In this document: piece after piece, positions 12,537 through 24,845 of the stretch
Position numbering within the stretch: the stretch's first letter is position 1
Layout: every line of letters starts with the position of its first letter
Assembly (NCBI GenBank): GCA_973895155.1
Contig: OZ316899.1
Coordinates: 4,405,241-4,469,240, forward strand
Source: Marsupella aquatica
Lineage: Eukaryota > Plantae > Marchantiophyta
Reading direction: 5' to 3'
Length of the DNA stretch: 64,000 nucleotides
Program-made: the position numbers and the translations under genes
Notes under the pieces: model-generated
The model's database searches: none
Told to the model about the DNA's origin: nothing
Seen by the model: only the letters and a program-made list of their open reading frames with translations

Positions 12537-14369
12537 TTGACCATTCTGAAGTCGCAGCATTGTAGAGCTCGCCGACGAGGAGGCAGGCCATTTATTTGGA
12601 ATCCATTTTCTGCTTCGATAAGTCCTATGGAGCAAGGGACGGATCCAGCCGGAATGTCCACTTCTCGCGTCTCTAAGGGGCATTCAACCTCAACATCACC
12701 TGCACCTACTCCGGTTAAAGCCCCTGTGAGACGATCGAAGAGAAAGGAGGTCCCTATTGCCATGAAAATTCTGAGACCAGCTATTCCGGACAGTGAAGCT
12801 GAGAAGGTCAAACTGAGGGAGTCTTTGCTCAGGATGGGCTGTGAGTCTCTGATGGAGCTACCTTGGAGTTATCAGAGTGAAGATATGATCAGAGAGATCC
12901 GATCTAAGGAGTATCCGGCTGAGTTTAAGGATACCTCCAGAGGCCGACCTGAGCGATGGACTCAGATGATGATTGCAGGAGCTTTTGTATTGGAAGATGA
13001 AGGAGAAGGTCCAGTGGGGAGAGCTGTCAACCTAATCCTTCCTTACTTCAAAGGAGCCATCAACAGTAAGGACGGGTTCAATGTTTCTAAGTGTTTGGAT
13101 CCTGATCTGAGACGAGTCTTCAGCTTTCTGCTACCCCTGCTTTACCCTGAGAAGCCAAGAAGAGTTACTGTTGGAGTTGGCTCTACCATTGTTGCTGCTT
13201 ACAAGGGAGAAAGAAAAGTCAACTGGGCTAAGCTTATCTTTGATTTGATAAGGAAGTTGGTACAGAACCTATCCAACAAGAGTCCTACTCCCCTCTCCTG
13301 CTACCTGGTACATCTATATAGCTTTGAAGGAGTTTTGTTCAGAGAGGAGAAGAAATTACTATTGGCCAAGTACAACTTCATCAAGTATGGAGAGACAGAT
13401 CCAGATATCACCCAGGCCACCTCTGATGACAGTGAGGATGAGGAACCAGCAGAGACAAATCCTCGAAAGACCCGGTCTGCTGCCCGGAACCTCGACCCGG
13501 ACTTTTCCGACCCGGCCTTCGTCGACCCGGCTGAATGTCCGGATGCACCCGGCCATGCCTCCCAAGACACCCTAGCTGATTTCCAGATCATCTCAGACAC
13601 ATTCCAGAAGGTGAAGAGGAAGACCACTGTGATGGAGAAGGTCATCACCGACATTTCGCAGAAGCTAGGAGTGAAACCAGGGCAGATTCTTGAGAAGATC
13701 TCCACCATGAGTGATGCTACAGATAAGAAGAAGTTGGAGAAGGAGAATGAGTTCCTCAAGAAGAAGGTATCTGAACTCAAACAGCAGTTGGAAAGGAGTA
13801 AGAAGAAGAATGAGCTTGAGCATACTCTCCAACTCAGTATCACTCAATCTTTGGATCTGATTGAGCCTTTGACTAAGATAGCTTCTCTGGATCTTCTTAA
13901 GGCCCAAATTTATGATGAGTATTTGGCCAAGAACACCACACCCATCCTTTTCTCCAAGATTAACCATTTAGTGGTAGATGTGAGTACCAAGGTGGATGAT
14001 GCACTTACAGGCCTCTCAAAGACCTATGAAGCCTTAAGGGAGATGAGTGACTTGACTACAGAGGAGCTATTAGCTGATACTGAGATTCCTCCCTTTACTA
14101 CCAGATATTTCTCTCCTAGTCCTCATGAAGGAGTCTATTCCACTGGCCCCTCATCACCCCTCAACCCTCCTGGTTTCCCCACTCCCAGTACACACTTCCA
14201 CTCCCATTCTTACACCTATTCTCATGACCCAAGTGCCCATCAGGAGAACATGGACATTGACCCGTCCATCCCTTTTACCACTGGCCAGCAAGGAGTTTTC
14301 CTTCGACCAGAACCCCTTGCCATGGCTAACCCTGAGGAGGTTCCTTCCCAAAAGCTAGGACCAGAATAG
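12537..14369 (+). CDS. Intact 610-aa TE accessory ORF (family E): conserved LPW...NW domain plus coiled coil
   Basis: Open frame with no stops. Clear similarity to 37882..38766 (ELPW/SIPW, RGRPERW/RADPEKW, NSKDGF..KC/NSKAGW..KC, FLLPLLYP/FLVPIFHP, VNW, PTPLSCYL/PTHLSVYL). TATAAA near 11965. Element ends not resolved. Confidence 0.75.
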   Translation: MTILKSQHCRARRRGGRPFIWNPFSASISPMEQGTDPAGMSTSRVSKGHSTSTSPAPTPVKAPVRRSKRKEVPIAMKILRPAIPDSEAEKVKLRESLLRMGCESLMELPWSYQSEDMIREIRSKEYPAEFKDTSRGRPERWTQMMIAGAFVLEDEGEGPVGRAVNLILPYFKGAINSKDGFNVSKCLDPDLRRVFSFLLPLLYPEKPRRVTVGVGSTIVAAYKGERKVNWAKLIFDLIRKLVQNLSNKSPTPLSCYLVHLYSFEGVLFREEKKLLLAKYNFIKYGETDPDITQATSDDSEDEEPAETNPRKTRSAARNLDPDFSDPAFVDPAECPDAPGHASQDTLADFQIISDTFQKVKRKTTVMEKVITDISQKLGVKPGQILEKISTMSDATDKKKLEKENEFLKKKVSELKQQLERSKKKNELEHTLQLSITQSLDLIEPLTKIASLDLLKAQIYDEYLAKNTTPILFSKINHLVVDVSTKVDDALTGLSKTYEALREMSDLTTEELLADTEIPPFTTRYFSPSPHEGVYSTGPSSPLNPPGFPTPSTHFHSHSYTYSHDPSAHQENMDIDPSIPFTTGQQGVFLRPEPLAMANPEEVPSQKLGPE

Positions 14370-15539
14370 AGTCATATTTAGAGAGTTAGAGCCACATTAG
14401 TTTAGACTTAGAAATGGCTATGTAGACTAGTATATGAGTAAGTAGACTCCAGTATTTTGTTGATGTATCCATTGTAGTCTCTACTCTATTTTTGACTAGG
14501 ATAGTTTACTTTTATTTACATACTTCTTTAGACTTGGGTTTTGAACAGGCATGTCTTTTCATAATCTCCACTTTTAGTACAAAAGGAGAAGAACCCAAAG
14601 TCAACCGAGAGAGAAAACATACATTTTGATTTCCTCATTGCCTTTGAAGGAATCTATGTCTTTCTTCCCTTCCTTTTTACCATGGTTGAGTAAAAGGAAG
14701 CAGTTTAGCAACCCTTGAGTTGTTGTGAAATGTTCAATGAATGCTAGAGTGTGCCTATAATAATATTGGAAGATCAATGAGATTTGTGACCAATACATTT
14801 GGAAGATTCACCAAAGAGGAAATTGACATTTGCACAAAACTCAAGTAACCAAGCAATCTTAAGGATTGTAGGAGAAGTAAGCCGATTCGAGTATCCTAGT
14901 ACCGTCCTCAACAGGACCAGAAAAGTGTCCCGGGTTGATTTACGTTCATATCTTCTAAATTCAAGAGATGGAGAAGAGTTGCTATGAGAAATCAAAAAGC
15001 ATATACAATGTTGATTTCCGAATCTTAAATTAGGCCATAATCCTTATTGAAGGAGTGGTGATGGTCAGAAATTCAATTCCCTTGCACTTTGAAAACTCCT
15101 ATCTACTCTCTCTCTAGTTTCAATCTTTGTTAATTCTAGTCTTTATTATTGCACTGTGAATCCTAAGGATTACCCACTTGAGTTTGTGGTTAAACACTTA
15201 TGTTAAGGAGATCATTAGAAATCTCTCCAACCTAAGAATGTTGGTGTAAACTTCTCAAATTGTGTTAATTAGGTCTTTTCGATCTTATCCACTCCTAACC
15301 GGAATGAAATCGAGTTGTTAAGGAATAAATAGTCATTTATCTCTTTATCACCTTGCTACATTATTTTAGGACATTGTAATCAACATCTTGTTTTACGTGG
15401 TAAAGAAAGTATCTTAGGATACATACATAATGTTGCCATGTTCACATCATTGGCCGCAACTTTGCTATGCATCCGACAAACATATTTATTATTTCTTTTG
15501 AGGCTACGTTAAATCACCTCAAATGCAGTTGTGGATGAC

Positions 15540-17620
15540 CCTACATGCATCAAAAACCCTTCAAGGGGGTGTGGGACATGATACTAGTCCATGTCCAAGC
15601 ATTAGTTTGGACACAAAAAACAATTCCATAAGCCATGATGCAACTTTGGAGTGATTTGCCAAAAGGGCTACCATGGAGTGAACCACCTCTCCCAAACCCA
15701 AATCATATTGTTTCTTCTCTTCAAAAGAGGTGGTGTGACACCAATGGATGGAAATTGAGGTGGGGGTTGTCCATCGCTTGCTTAGGTGATATTTGTGGGG
15801 GTGTTCCAAAGAGGAATATCCCTTTTATCCAAGGAATCTACTATGGTCTCTCTTTTGATGCCTTGAGTTGGCTTTGGGTCATTTAGGAGCAGGTGTACAA
15901 TCATAAGTGCCAATGACCAAAATTGGAGTCATTGTGGTAACTGTCATTTATGGGGTTATTAATTCTACCAAATGACCACTTTGGTAGTCAATCAAGTGGT
16001 CACTGTGTTAGTCATCACGGACCGCCAAAAATGACTGTGTGACCCCCTACTCTAGAGGTGGGCCCAAGAGTCTAGGAGACCCCTCCATGCATCAAAACCC
16101 CCTTCACTGGGGTGCGGGACACAACACTTATCCATGTCTTGGCACCAATTCTCTTAGAAATATTTTTTAGCCAAGTTGTTGCATTTACCTAAGCCAAGAT
16201 TTCCCAAAAGTGTCATCGTGGAGGGATGTCCCCTCCTCCAAAGCCAAACGAAACCATTTCTTCTCTCCAGAGGAGGTGGTGGAACACCAATGGATGAGGA
16301 TTGTCCTCGTCCTTGCTTGGGTGATGTTTATGGGGATACACTATCACTTGCATCACCAACAAAGTACTCAATCTCAGCCATGCTCTTGGTAATCAGAATC
16401 ACCTCTGATGACTTCTTCTTAGGACAAATGTCCTTATGATGGCCCGATTTGTAGCAATACAAACACCATAATGATGCATCATCAACAGGAACCTTCTTCT
16501 TAGGTTTCCCCTTGGCAAGTAACAACTTCAGTTGCTCTAAGTTGATCAGGAGGTGCCTTGCTGCCTGCCTCCTTTGATTTGGTCTTTACAAGTGGTTTAT
16601 CTTTTTTCTTGGATTTTTTTGTCTTCATCACCTCCTCACTTGAGTCCGAGGAAGGATCACTCTCACTATTCTCGCTATTTGAGGACTTGCTTCACTCTTT
16701 GTCTTCTTGGAATGCTTCTTCTTCTTATCACCTTTCTTCTTCTTACCCGCTTCATCATCAGACAATGACTCCTCTAATTTGTACTGCTTCTTTTTGCTTG
16801 TAACATCCGCATTGATATATAAATGAACATCATGCATTGCCTCAGATAAGGAATCTAGGCTTGACTTGCAAATTGCAAAAGTCATTTTTTGCGGTAAAGT
16901 GTTGACCAACCATTGCAGTTGCATTTCCACAGACGCATTGGTCTTGGTACGGCGTACCAACTTGTTGAAATGTTATAAGAATTTTTTAAAATTAATTATT
17001 TGTTTTCTCAAAACTAAAGACACCAAGCTTCAGCATAGCTAACTCTGCCGCTCCAATTGGCCTGGACTCCTTCACAAACAAAGCTTTGAAAGTATCCTAG
17101 TTTGATTGTTGTGTCGGAGTCAACCCATTGAACCAGGGTCTTGCTTCACCCTTAAACATGCCTGGCAGACTCTACAACTTGATCGCCAATTCTCCATTTG
17201 CGGAGGCAATAACTTCAAAGTCATCTAACCACTCATCACGATCTTCCTCCGGTTTCCCGTGGAATTTCTTATAGTAAATGTGTGACCTTTGCGTCAATTT
17301 GGCCGTTTGGCAACCAGCTGCATGTCCTTCCTGATCACCCATTCTCCTTCCAAGAAGAGTAGCTTGAGTATGCGGTGTAGCTTCAACCGGGTCCACGCCC
17401 ACCTCCTTCCCTGCAAAAAGAACAAGAGCAACACTTGTGCTACTCTCACTAACAACCACTAGTAGTACTGTTTCTTTGTCCTAGCCGTCAATGCTACAAA
17501 CCCTTTTGTCTCTCAATTGAGCTATCCTATCTCTAGGAGTAACTCTGCTCATTCCCAAACTAGGCTATACCTTGAACACCATCAACTAACCAAAGAGACC
17601 CCCTCATCTAGCACCAAAAA
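15540..17620 (-). pseudogene. gag: Degenerate Gypsy gag with CCHC zinc knuckle and a diverged internal duplication
   Basis: KFHGKPEEDRDEWLDDFE gag N-terminus and CLYCYKSGHHKDIC knuckle. 15540-15800 is repeated at about 16085-16330. Confidence 0.7.
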
Positions 17621-18103
17621 TGTGGTGCAATTCCCTTAGCAAACTCAAAGAAAACACCAAGAATAGACCTCTTCCAGTCGAAATTGGGCTGATCTACTAT
17701 GGATTAAGCAATTGGGAATAGCACTTTTACGTACATTTATCTCAAAGATTCTTTGGTTTGGGGTTTAAAGATAGCACTCACACTTACTACTCTTATATCC
17801 TTTGCATTGGTATGTTTGGATTCTGCCATCGGAATATACCCAGTCGGCTTGATAACTCAAAACCGTTTGAGAGATTCTTTAAAATGCGTACACACTCAAC
17901 CCAACAACCAGCTCCTTGTCTTACAAGTGAATTGAATGGGCAAATTCTAATCACAACCTAGATGCAACACACAACAAGAACTTAGGTAACCTCTATACTG
18001 ACTGAAGCCGACTCTAGTAAAGCACTCAACCACGTACACAATACTTCATGCACACACTCTACGAGCTAAGCTTTGCAATCAACTCAGTTTAGAGAGTATA
18101 AAG
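17621..18103 (-). mobile_element. 5' LTR remnant of the degenerate Gypsy, interrupted by solo LTR A2
   Basis: Minus strand ends ...GCACCACA followed by TTTTTGGTGCTAG (PBS-like TGG) upstream of gag. The other end probably lies just after 22120. Confidence 0.5.
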
Positions 18104-18461
18104 TGTGACGCCACCGGTACGGCGGTTAATGAGTGATTCGGTCTAACTGCGCTTAGCACGCGCGTTAGGAGTGTCTTAGGCCGCTATTATTAGCATAACA
18201 ACAGTATTTAGGTAATCATTATGGATAGGACATCATTAGGCAATAAGGGGGAATTCAGGTTCGGACTGGCGGCGGGTCGCTATTCGCACACCCGGGTTAC
18301 GAGCGTGGAGGGGCCCCTCCCTCGGGTCCGTATAACGTACTTAAGAAGCGGCCACTAACACGCGCTGACTCAGACCGGCGGAGTGGCCGGTACACCACAA
18401 GCGTGAGCGGTTCAGCCTATGGGCATCGAGGAGACGTCGGGGGATCGACAAGCCCTCAAGG

Positions 18462-18468
18462 TATAAAA
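18462..18468 (+). promoter_or_regulatory. TATA box of the LTR-encoded gene
   Basis: TATAAAA about 100-110 nt before the ATG. The same spacing occurs in A1 (3021-3027), B1 (about 28648) and B2 (about 39853). Confidence 0.6.
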
Positions 18469-18569
18469 GGGGAGCCAACCCTTTGTAGTGCACCAGTCCA
18501 TCAGTCCACGCGCCAGCTTCGACCCCAGCTCTCTCGTTCGCTCTAAGTCGCCACTACTATCTCCTCTGA

Positions 18570-21218
18570 ATGTCGCACACGATCCTCTCCAGCTTGGCCA
18601 TTCGATTCTGGACGCAGTTCCTATCTACCGGAAGGCACTTGGCCGACTCATTAAAACACGCCAACCCGCGCCGATACGAAATCGAACGCGAGTACGAGAG
18701 AGCCATCCGTCTAGCAGGACGACACCACTACATCCTTAACTTTGACTACCCGTCTCAGAGCGAGCTTTACCGACCAGCAAAAGTATCTGGGTACTTCTTC
18801 AACGGAGACAAATATATTGGTTTCTGGGAAGCATTGCTTCGGCTTCCGGACGAGGTCTTCAATATCCCGGGTACGATCGACTTGCAACGACATCACTTCG
18901 ACCACATCCCTGCTCAGGTTCGGGCTATCATCAATAGCGAGTCCAGCACTACCCGTTCAACAAGGTCGTCTACACTCGCTTCGGAGAACTTCTACCAGCA
19001 CCTACAGAGCTTCATGGGAACTCGGCCATCAACCAACATGACCAACTCAGTCGAACCCGTACCCGTACCCGTACCCATGCAACCTCAGGCTCAGGCTCAG
19101 CTTCAGCTTCAGCCTTAGCCGCAGCCTAGCCAAACCCCACCACCGATCGCCCAACCAGCACAAGTACGCTCCATCATCAACGTCGTGGATCTTAGCGATG
19201 ACGACGAGGCTACCCCACCCTTGACCAGGCGGCCCAGAGGAACAAGCGCTCAGGGGGCCGACACTATATCGTCCCCACCCCTTGCTCTGACCCCAGGAGC
19301 GGCCCCGACAGACAACATGGTGACCATGGCCGCCCCGGGCCCGTTACTAACGGCAGTGGCACTACCCAGGCCCGATCGGGAGGATGGGGAAGTGTCACCT
19401 TCCCCAAGCTAATCACGGGGGAAGAAGAGGAAGGAATCCACCACTGCATCCGGGTTACCGTTGGCCACGGTAGCCGTAGCCAAGGTGACGATGCACCGCA
19501 TGGGGGAAAACGTTCACAAAAACATCCTCCATCCCAAGCATGCGGTGTACCTGAAGACTCAAGGATTCGAGCACCTCGCCTCCCTCCCCTGGAACACTTG
19601 CAGGTACTACGGGGAGGACATGACGGAGTTCATCAGGAATTATGACAACGCGCGTCAACATACTCGGCTGCGGGGAAGGAGTATGTCCCTCACGGAAGAA
19701 CGGCTCAGGATGATCTTTGGGTTACCCGAAGGTGACCATCAAGTCGAATCACGGGCTCCCGGGGGCAAGGGAGCCAAGTACCAATCTTCAAGTTTTCCCT
19801 CAGAGGGAGCAGTGGACAACGGGTTCGTGATGAAGACCTGCCTCATCCCCGAGATAGCTGAGCGACTGGAGTTCCAGAGGTACGCCCTCCACATGATGGA
19901 ACCCCAGGGGGAGATCTTCGCCGCCCAAGTTATCCAGGTTGAGAACTATCGACCTAGGAAGTGGGCGTCGTACTTCGCTAAGAAATTCCATGAAGAGATG
20001 GAGCGGCGAAGGAAGATGCTGTACATTGGCGGGAAGGCGTATTTTGCTAGCCACATCGAGATCATTCTTGAGTGGTACGCCCGGTTTGATCGACAAACCC
20101 TTCCCCGTGTCAACGTTACAAAGCTGGTCCCAGCTAGGTGGGTTTTCCCGGCCTTGGAGAGACGGCCCCAACCCGAGGCCCGAAGTCCAGCGGACACGCC
20201 AGCTTCACCCACCCCACCTCCACAAGTAGCTGTAGTCGTAACCGAGGAGGTACCGGATGGGTCGGTTGTCACAACCGTTGATGCAACCCAACAAGCCGAG
20301 CTAAGTACAGAAGTCGGTACGGCGGAGGTCTTACCCGAGCCCGGGTCTCCCAAAGACCCACCGGTGGCTATTCCGGAGAACCGGACATTGCTGCAGGAGG
20401 ACACTCCAGCCCCTTCCAATGTTACGTCCCCAGGGCTGGACGTCACTGCCCCGGCCCCCGCGCGTGTTGACGTCTGCCCGTGCCCAACTCCGGACAGGCA
20501 CAACCTGGACCACCCGGAACTCTTCGTACCGGGTACATTTCTGAACGGGCTTCTGGGAGATTTCTCTCATCAAATTGCCCGGGATACCGGGGAGTTCATG
20601 GCCCGGAAGGTAGCCTGTTTCTTCAATCAGGAGTTGGTTGCCGCAGTAAAGGCAGGTCGGGCCCAGTCAGAGGCCCTTCAGAGGATAGAGCGGTACCGGG
20701 TGGAGTCCGTGTACCTAAAGAACAAAGTTGCGGCTCAAGAGGCTGAGCTTCTGCAACTACGACCCAAGGTTGCAGCCGCCGATGAGTTGTTAGCAAAGGC
20801 GCACGCTCTTACCGCCCTAGCCGAACAGGCCAAAGCTGGGAACAAGGCCGAGATTACACGACTCCAGAACCAGATTGACAGTTTGAAGAATCAAACCGTC
20901 ACCTGGCAGAAAGACCTGGAGGAGGCCGAGGAACGGGCCCAACGGGACACGGCGGAGATAGCCACGCTGCAGGCTGAGGTGGCGCGGCTCCAAACCGAGG
21001 CCGAGAAGCAGGACCAGCTGGCGGGTAAACTGACAAGCGACGCCCAGCAGCTGGAGGAGGCATGTCAGGAGACAGTAGAGGAGACGGACGCGGCGAGGCG
21101 AGAGAACGAATCTCTGCTGGACCAGGTCCAGCTCCTCAAGGCGGACAATGACAAGCTTCGAAGGCAGCGGGATGGCCGCTCCCATTCGGGCGGCTCTGGC
21201 AAGCGTGCCAGGCATTAG
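18570..21218 (+). pseudogene. LTR-encoded accessory gene, 882 codons, in-frame stops at 19116 and 19410
   Basis: ORFs 18570..19118, 19185..19412 and 19461..21218 are in one frame. Both stops are Gln codons in copy A1. Layout: N-terminal domain, Pro/Gln linker, LPW...IFGLP...KW domain, Pro linker, coiled coil, basic tail KRARH. Confidence 0.85.
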
Positions 21219-22230
21219 CAGCGGAGTAGGAATAGATTAGGATTAGGACTAGCTTAGTCAGGCTCTTGGGACAGGCACCTGCCTTAGGTACAGCAGCGCT
21301 GCCATGCTGTCTAGCCTGCGTAGATTAGGATCTTCTAATAAGACACAGCCGTTTTCCGGCCTGACTGTCAGCTTAGTTAGGACCTTAGTCAACGAATCTT
21401 TGGTGAGAGGACACCCCGTCCCTCGTCCCTTAGTATTTAGTGCACCCCTCGGTAGAGGCAGGGGGGGTTTTTAGTTGCAGAGCTGGACGTCCGCAGTATG
21501 TGCGGGGAGTCCTGACCTCTGGGAATGAAAGAGTACCAAGGGGAGGGGGTAGGACTAAGCTCGCCGGGCGAGTGCGGAGCCGGGCTCCGTTGTAGTGTGC
21601 ACCCTCGGCCTTGAACCTGTTCATTCCGGGGCTGTCGGGTCAACTAAGTGTACGCATATGTTCCCTTTGTAGTAAAATCCTTTCCCATCATTTTCCTTCG
21701 TGTAAATCGAGATTGTATGCATGTGCGCGTGTATGTGTGTGGGTTTCTCGTATATGGGTGGCAGCGCCAGGCCGAACACACTACCCGAGACGTGCACAGG
21801 GTGCAGCCTGCGGGTAAGTGGTTGCGAGCCCGGGTTGAGGACCTGTATCATCGAATCCGGATCGAAGGCGGACAGCACGAAGGCTTAGAAGCCCTTAAGC
21901 CGGGGTCGATCCTGCTATCGACTAAGGTACGTTCCGGCGGCGGAACACAAACCATACCTAGGAGGTGTCCGTATTTAGCAGTATGCGCACTTAGCGCTAG
22001 TTTACGAGAATAAGGTGCATTACGTGCTTCCCTTCCTGCCCGAACCCTCAGATTTACGAGGGATGTGCCCGTCTAAGCTGAAGTCTGAGTTAAGGCTGCA
22101 GCCGACGACGTGACATAAAGGTATTCCATGTTGCAAGCAAATAGGAGATTTTGATAGCAAGGAGAATTTTATGAGTGAGACACTAATGGTTTCAAATTTC
22201 ATTTGCTTTTTGGTGCCTTTAATACTTTTG

Positions 22231-22600
22231 TGTTTAGTAGAGAATGTAATTCACCATAGCCAAGATGTCTTCAACCACCACACACTCTCATACATTCCAT
22301 TATATGGGAATAGGTTACATATCATGGTATATAGGTGGGTAATGAAGGGTGGTTATCTAACCACCTCCCAGCCTATGTAACCAGTGTTAGGTCTATGTAA
22401 CTAGGGTTAGGGTTTGACTCTTAACACTCCCCCTTGGGTGATTGAACTGTGTAAAATCAACCACTCTAGGAGGGAACCTAACCCTAATATGGTTCTCAAA
22501 TTCTTAGGTTTGGTCTCATTAAAACCATGCTGCTTTCTTCTCATGGAAAGAGTGCCACAACCTTACATATATTGGGATCATTTGTGGATAATGTAAAAAC
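22231..22600 (-). mobile_element. 3' end of a Bianca-type Copia: PPT (22427-22435) and LTR (22231-22426)
   Basis: Minus strand AAGGGGGAG then TGTTAAGAGTC...AAACA. The LTR resembles the Bianca LTR at 48285-48442. Confidence 0.7.
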
Positions 22601-24469
22601 ATATTATTAATATTGTCCCTATAGGTGTTTACAAAAGGCAGCAAAACAGGAAACAGGAGTCAAGAATAGAAACTGGTAACAGGGAAATGGATGGCTTTTT
22701 TGGGGGATGTTTTTTTCAAAATTTTCTTTTGAAATTTTTTTCTGCTAGCGCCCGGCACTGGTAAAACTAGAGCCGACGGCGAGGTGTTTACAAAAGACAC
22801 CAAAACAACAAACAGGAGTTAATATAAGAAACTGGTAGCAGGAATTTTTGCGGTCAAAAGTGTAAAAATATATCGAACTTGTGAATTTTGGCATGGAAAT
22901 GAGCATTATCCTCCACGGCTAATGCTAGCGCCAAGCACTATGAAGAGTCTATAATATATACCAGTTGCACACTCGCACGATATTTAATGAAGGGGGTTAT
23001 GAAATGTTTGGACCCTTTAAGAATTCCAAGACCGACACCAAAGTATACGTCCAAAAAGAAAACAAAAGGCCTATATACAATCAGACTACGTAAACCATGA
23101 TCATGATTGAAGATGTGGGTCCAAGCAATCAAAACTGTATGTACAGTTAACTAGTATTGCAGTGTGTCATCTTTACAAACACATCAAGAAATCCCCTTAG
23201 TTACATGTCGATAAAAAATCCTGACAGATTCAGGGTTCCCAAGAGAAAGTCCTCATGAAAATCTAAAATCTGTCAACAATTGTTTTTTGATCTCGGAATG
23301 CTATTTAACTCAGTAATAGTTCACCAAAACCTTTCACTAGCCCCTGGCGCTACTACTCTAACCCCACTAGAGTTCCAAAAGTACTCCTGAGATTGGTGCA
23401 TAACTATCCACTATTGGTCGATTGACAATCATCGTCTATTCTAACCTCCTCCCGATCAGGGTCTTGCCGGAAACCATCTAGCCAGAACTCCATGTAAGTT
23501 TACGATGGCCGTTGATGAATGGTCTCGTCAAGAAATACCAAACTACCGCAACACAAAGTCTATAAATAAGAGGCAAAGAACCGTGACCGTTGGAAGGCAG
23601 TTCACCAAATACGACAAAATAAAAACGGAAACCAAAACATTTATGTGCAACCAAAACCTAGAGAGAATCCACACCAAAGAACCCTTAGAAAATTGGGGAG
23701 CATACGGCTTTACAAATCAACTTCAAGAATCGGAAATAAAAATACAAGAGTTGTTATAACATGTAGATTACACTCCAAGTGGATTTTACTTTACACTCTA
23801 AGTAACCCTTAGAAGTTAGGACAGTTACCCAACTGCCCTCATATGTAACTCATATATACACTCATTCCTAATAGAAGTGGCATTGGATTGTTGGTGAAGA
23901 TATCGAGTAAAACACGTTATCAGCACGAGCTGGTTGGAGACATAAATTGTTTTTAGGAAGGATGTGGTGAGCAATTCACTTTTGCACAGACTCTATCTTT
24001 GGGGCCAACCGGGACAATGTATGAGGAGAGGATAGGATAATCCATGGGGAGATTCCCAACAAGGACATATCAATTAATAGACGAGTTTTTGATGCCAATA
24101 AAAAGGCGATCGATTTCATTACATTTCTTCTTGATAACGAAGGTTATCAAATCATTCATAATTGCTTAGTATTCACAGGGATTTAGCCATGAATTCCATG
24201 GAGAAATTACACTTCCAAGCACTAGCGATTGATGGAGCAAATTATTTATCATGGTCTTTAGATGTGGAAGCACATCTTGCCTCCAAAAATCTATAGGACA
24301 CTATCTTGACTGATGCAGGGATAGTGTTACAACAGAAAGGCTCAGCCCTTAATACTTATAAGGCATCATCTTGCCGAACCTCTTAAGATACAATATCTAA
24401 ATCATTATAATCCTAGAGTTCTATGGGACAAACTACAATTGAGATTTGATCATATGCGCGCAATCTTAT

Positions 24470-24845
24470 GGTAACCCTATCGACGACCAAGAACAAATGG
24501 GGTACACAACATCATCAGTTATCTCACAAATTTTAGAATCTCAGTTGAGGAGTTGAGATGGGGCCTTCGAACTTCCGCTCATCTCAGCTGGGCAGTCGAG
24601 GTTGATTCAATCTCGGTTGACCTCGCCGAGATGGGCATACGGACCGAAAAAAATCAACCAAAAAAAAAATCAAAAAATTTCCCGAAAAAAAAAAAGTTTT
24701 GCTTCAAATTTTGAAGAAAAATTCAAGAATTTTTTTTCTTCATTTTTTTCTTTTTCGCATCGCAACTTGGCGGTCTCTCTGAGATGAGGTGGTAGCTGAT
24801 ATCAGGTACACTGATGAAAGTGACTGATAATTGATGAGATTACTT
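24470..24845. mobile_element. Small non-coding insertion replacing part of Bianca gag (MITE/foldback-like)
   Basis: gag breaks after RFDH and resumes at EQIEKTLSTFH. The insert has GAGATGRG motifs in inverted orientation around long A and T tracts. Confidence 0.4.

Larger units (their letters stand above)
18104..22115 (+). mobile_element. Giant solo LTR, family A (copy A2, 4012 bp), TSD TAAAG
   Basis: TGTGACG...CGTGACA termini. TAAAG at 18099-18103 and 22116-22120. No gag/pol inside. Confidence 0.95.

Noticed and set aside
11580-15430. Family E region as a TSD-bounded solo LTR
   Set aside because: Size and layout fit, but I could not find matching TG...CA ends with a 5-bp TSD. Left as an unresolved element.
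22620-22845. About 60-bp duplicated segment (22623-22683, 22783-22842) and a 24-bp duplication at about 44654-44710
   Set aside because: Two copies each with no associated structure. Ordinary local duplications.
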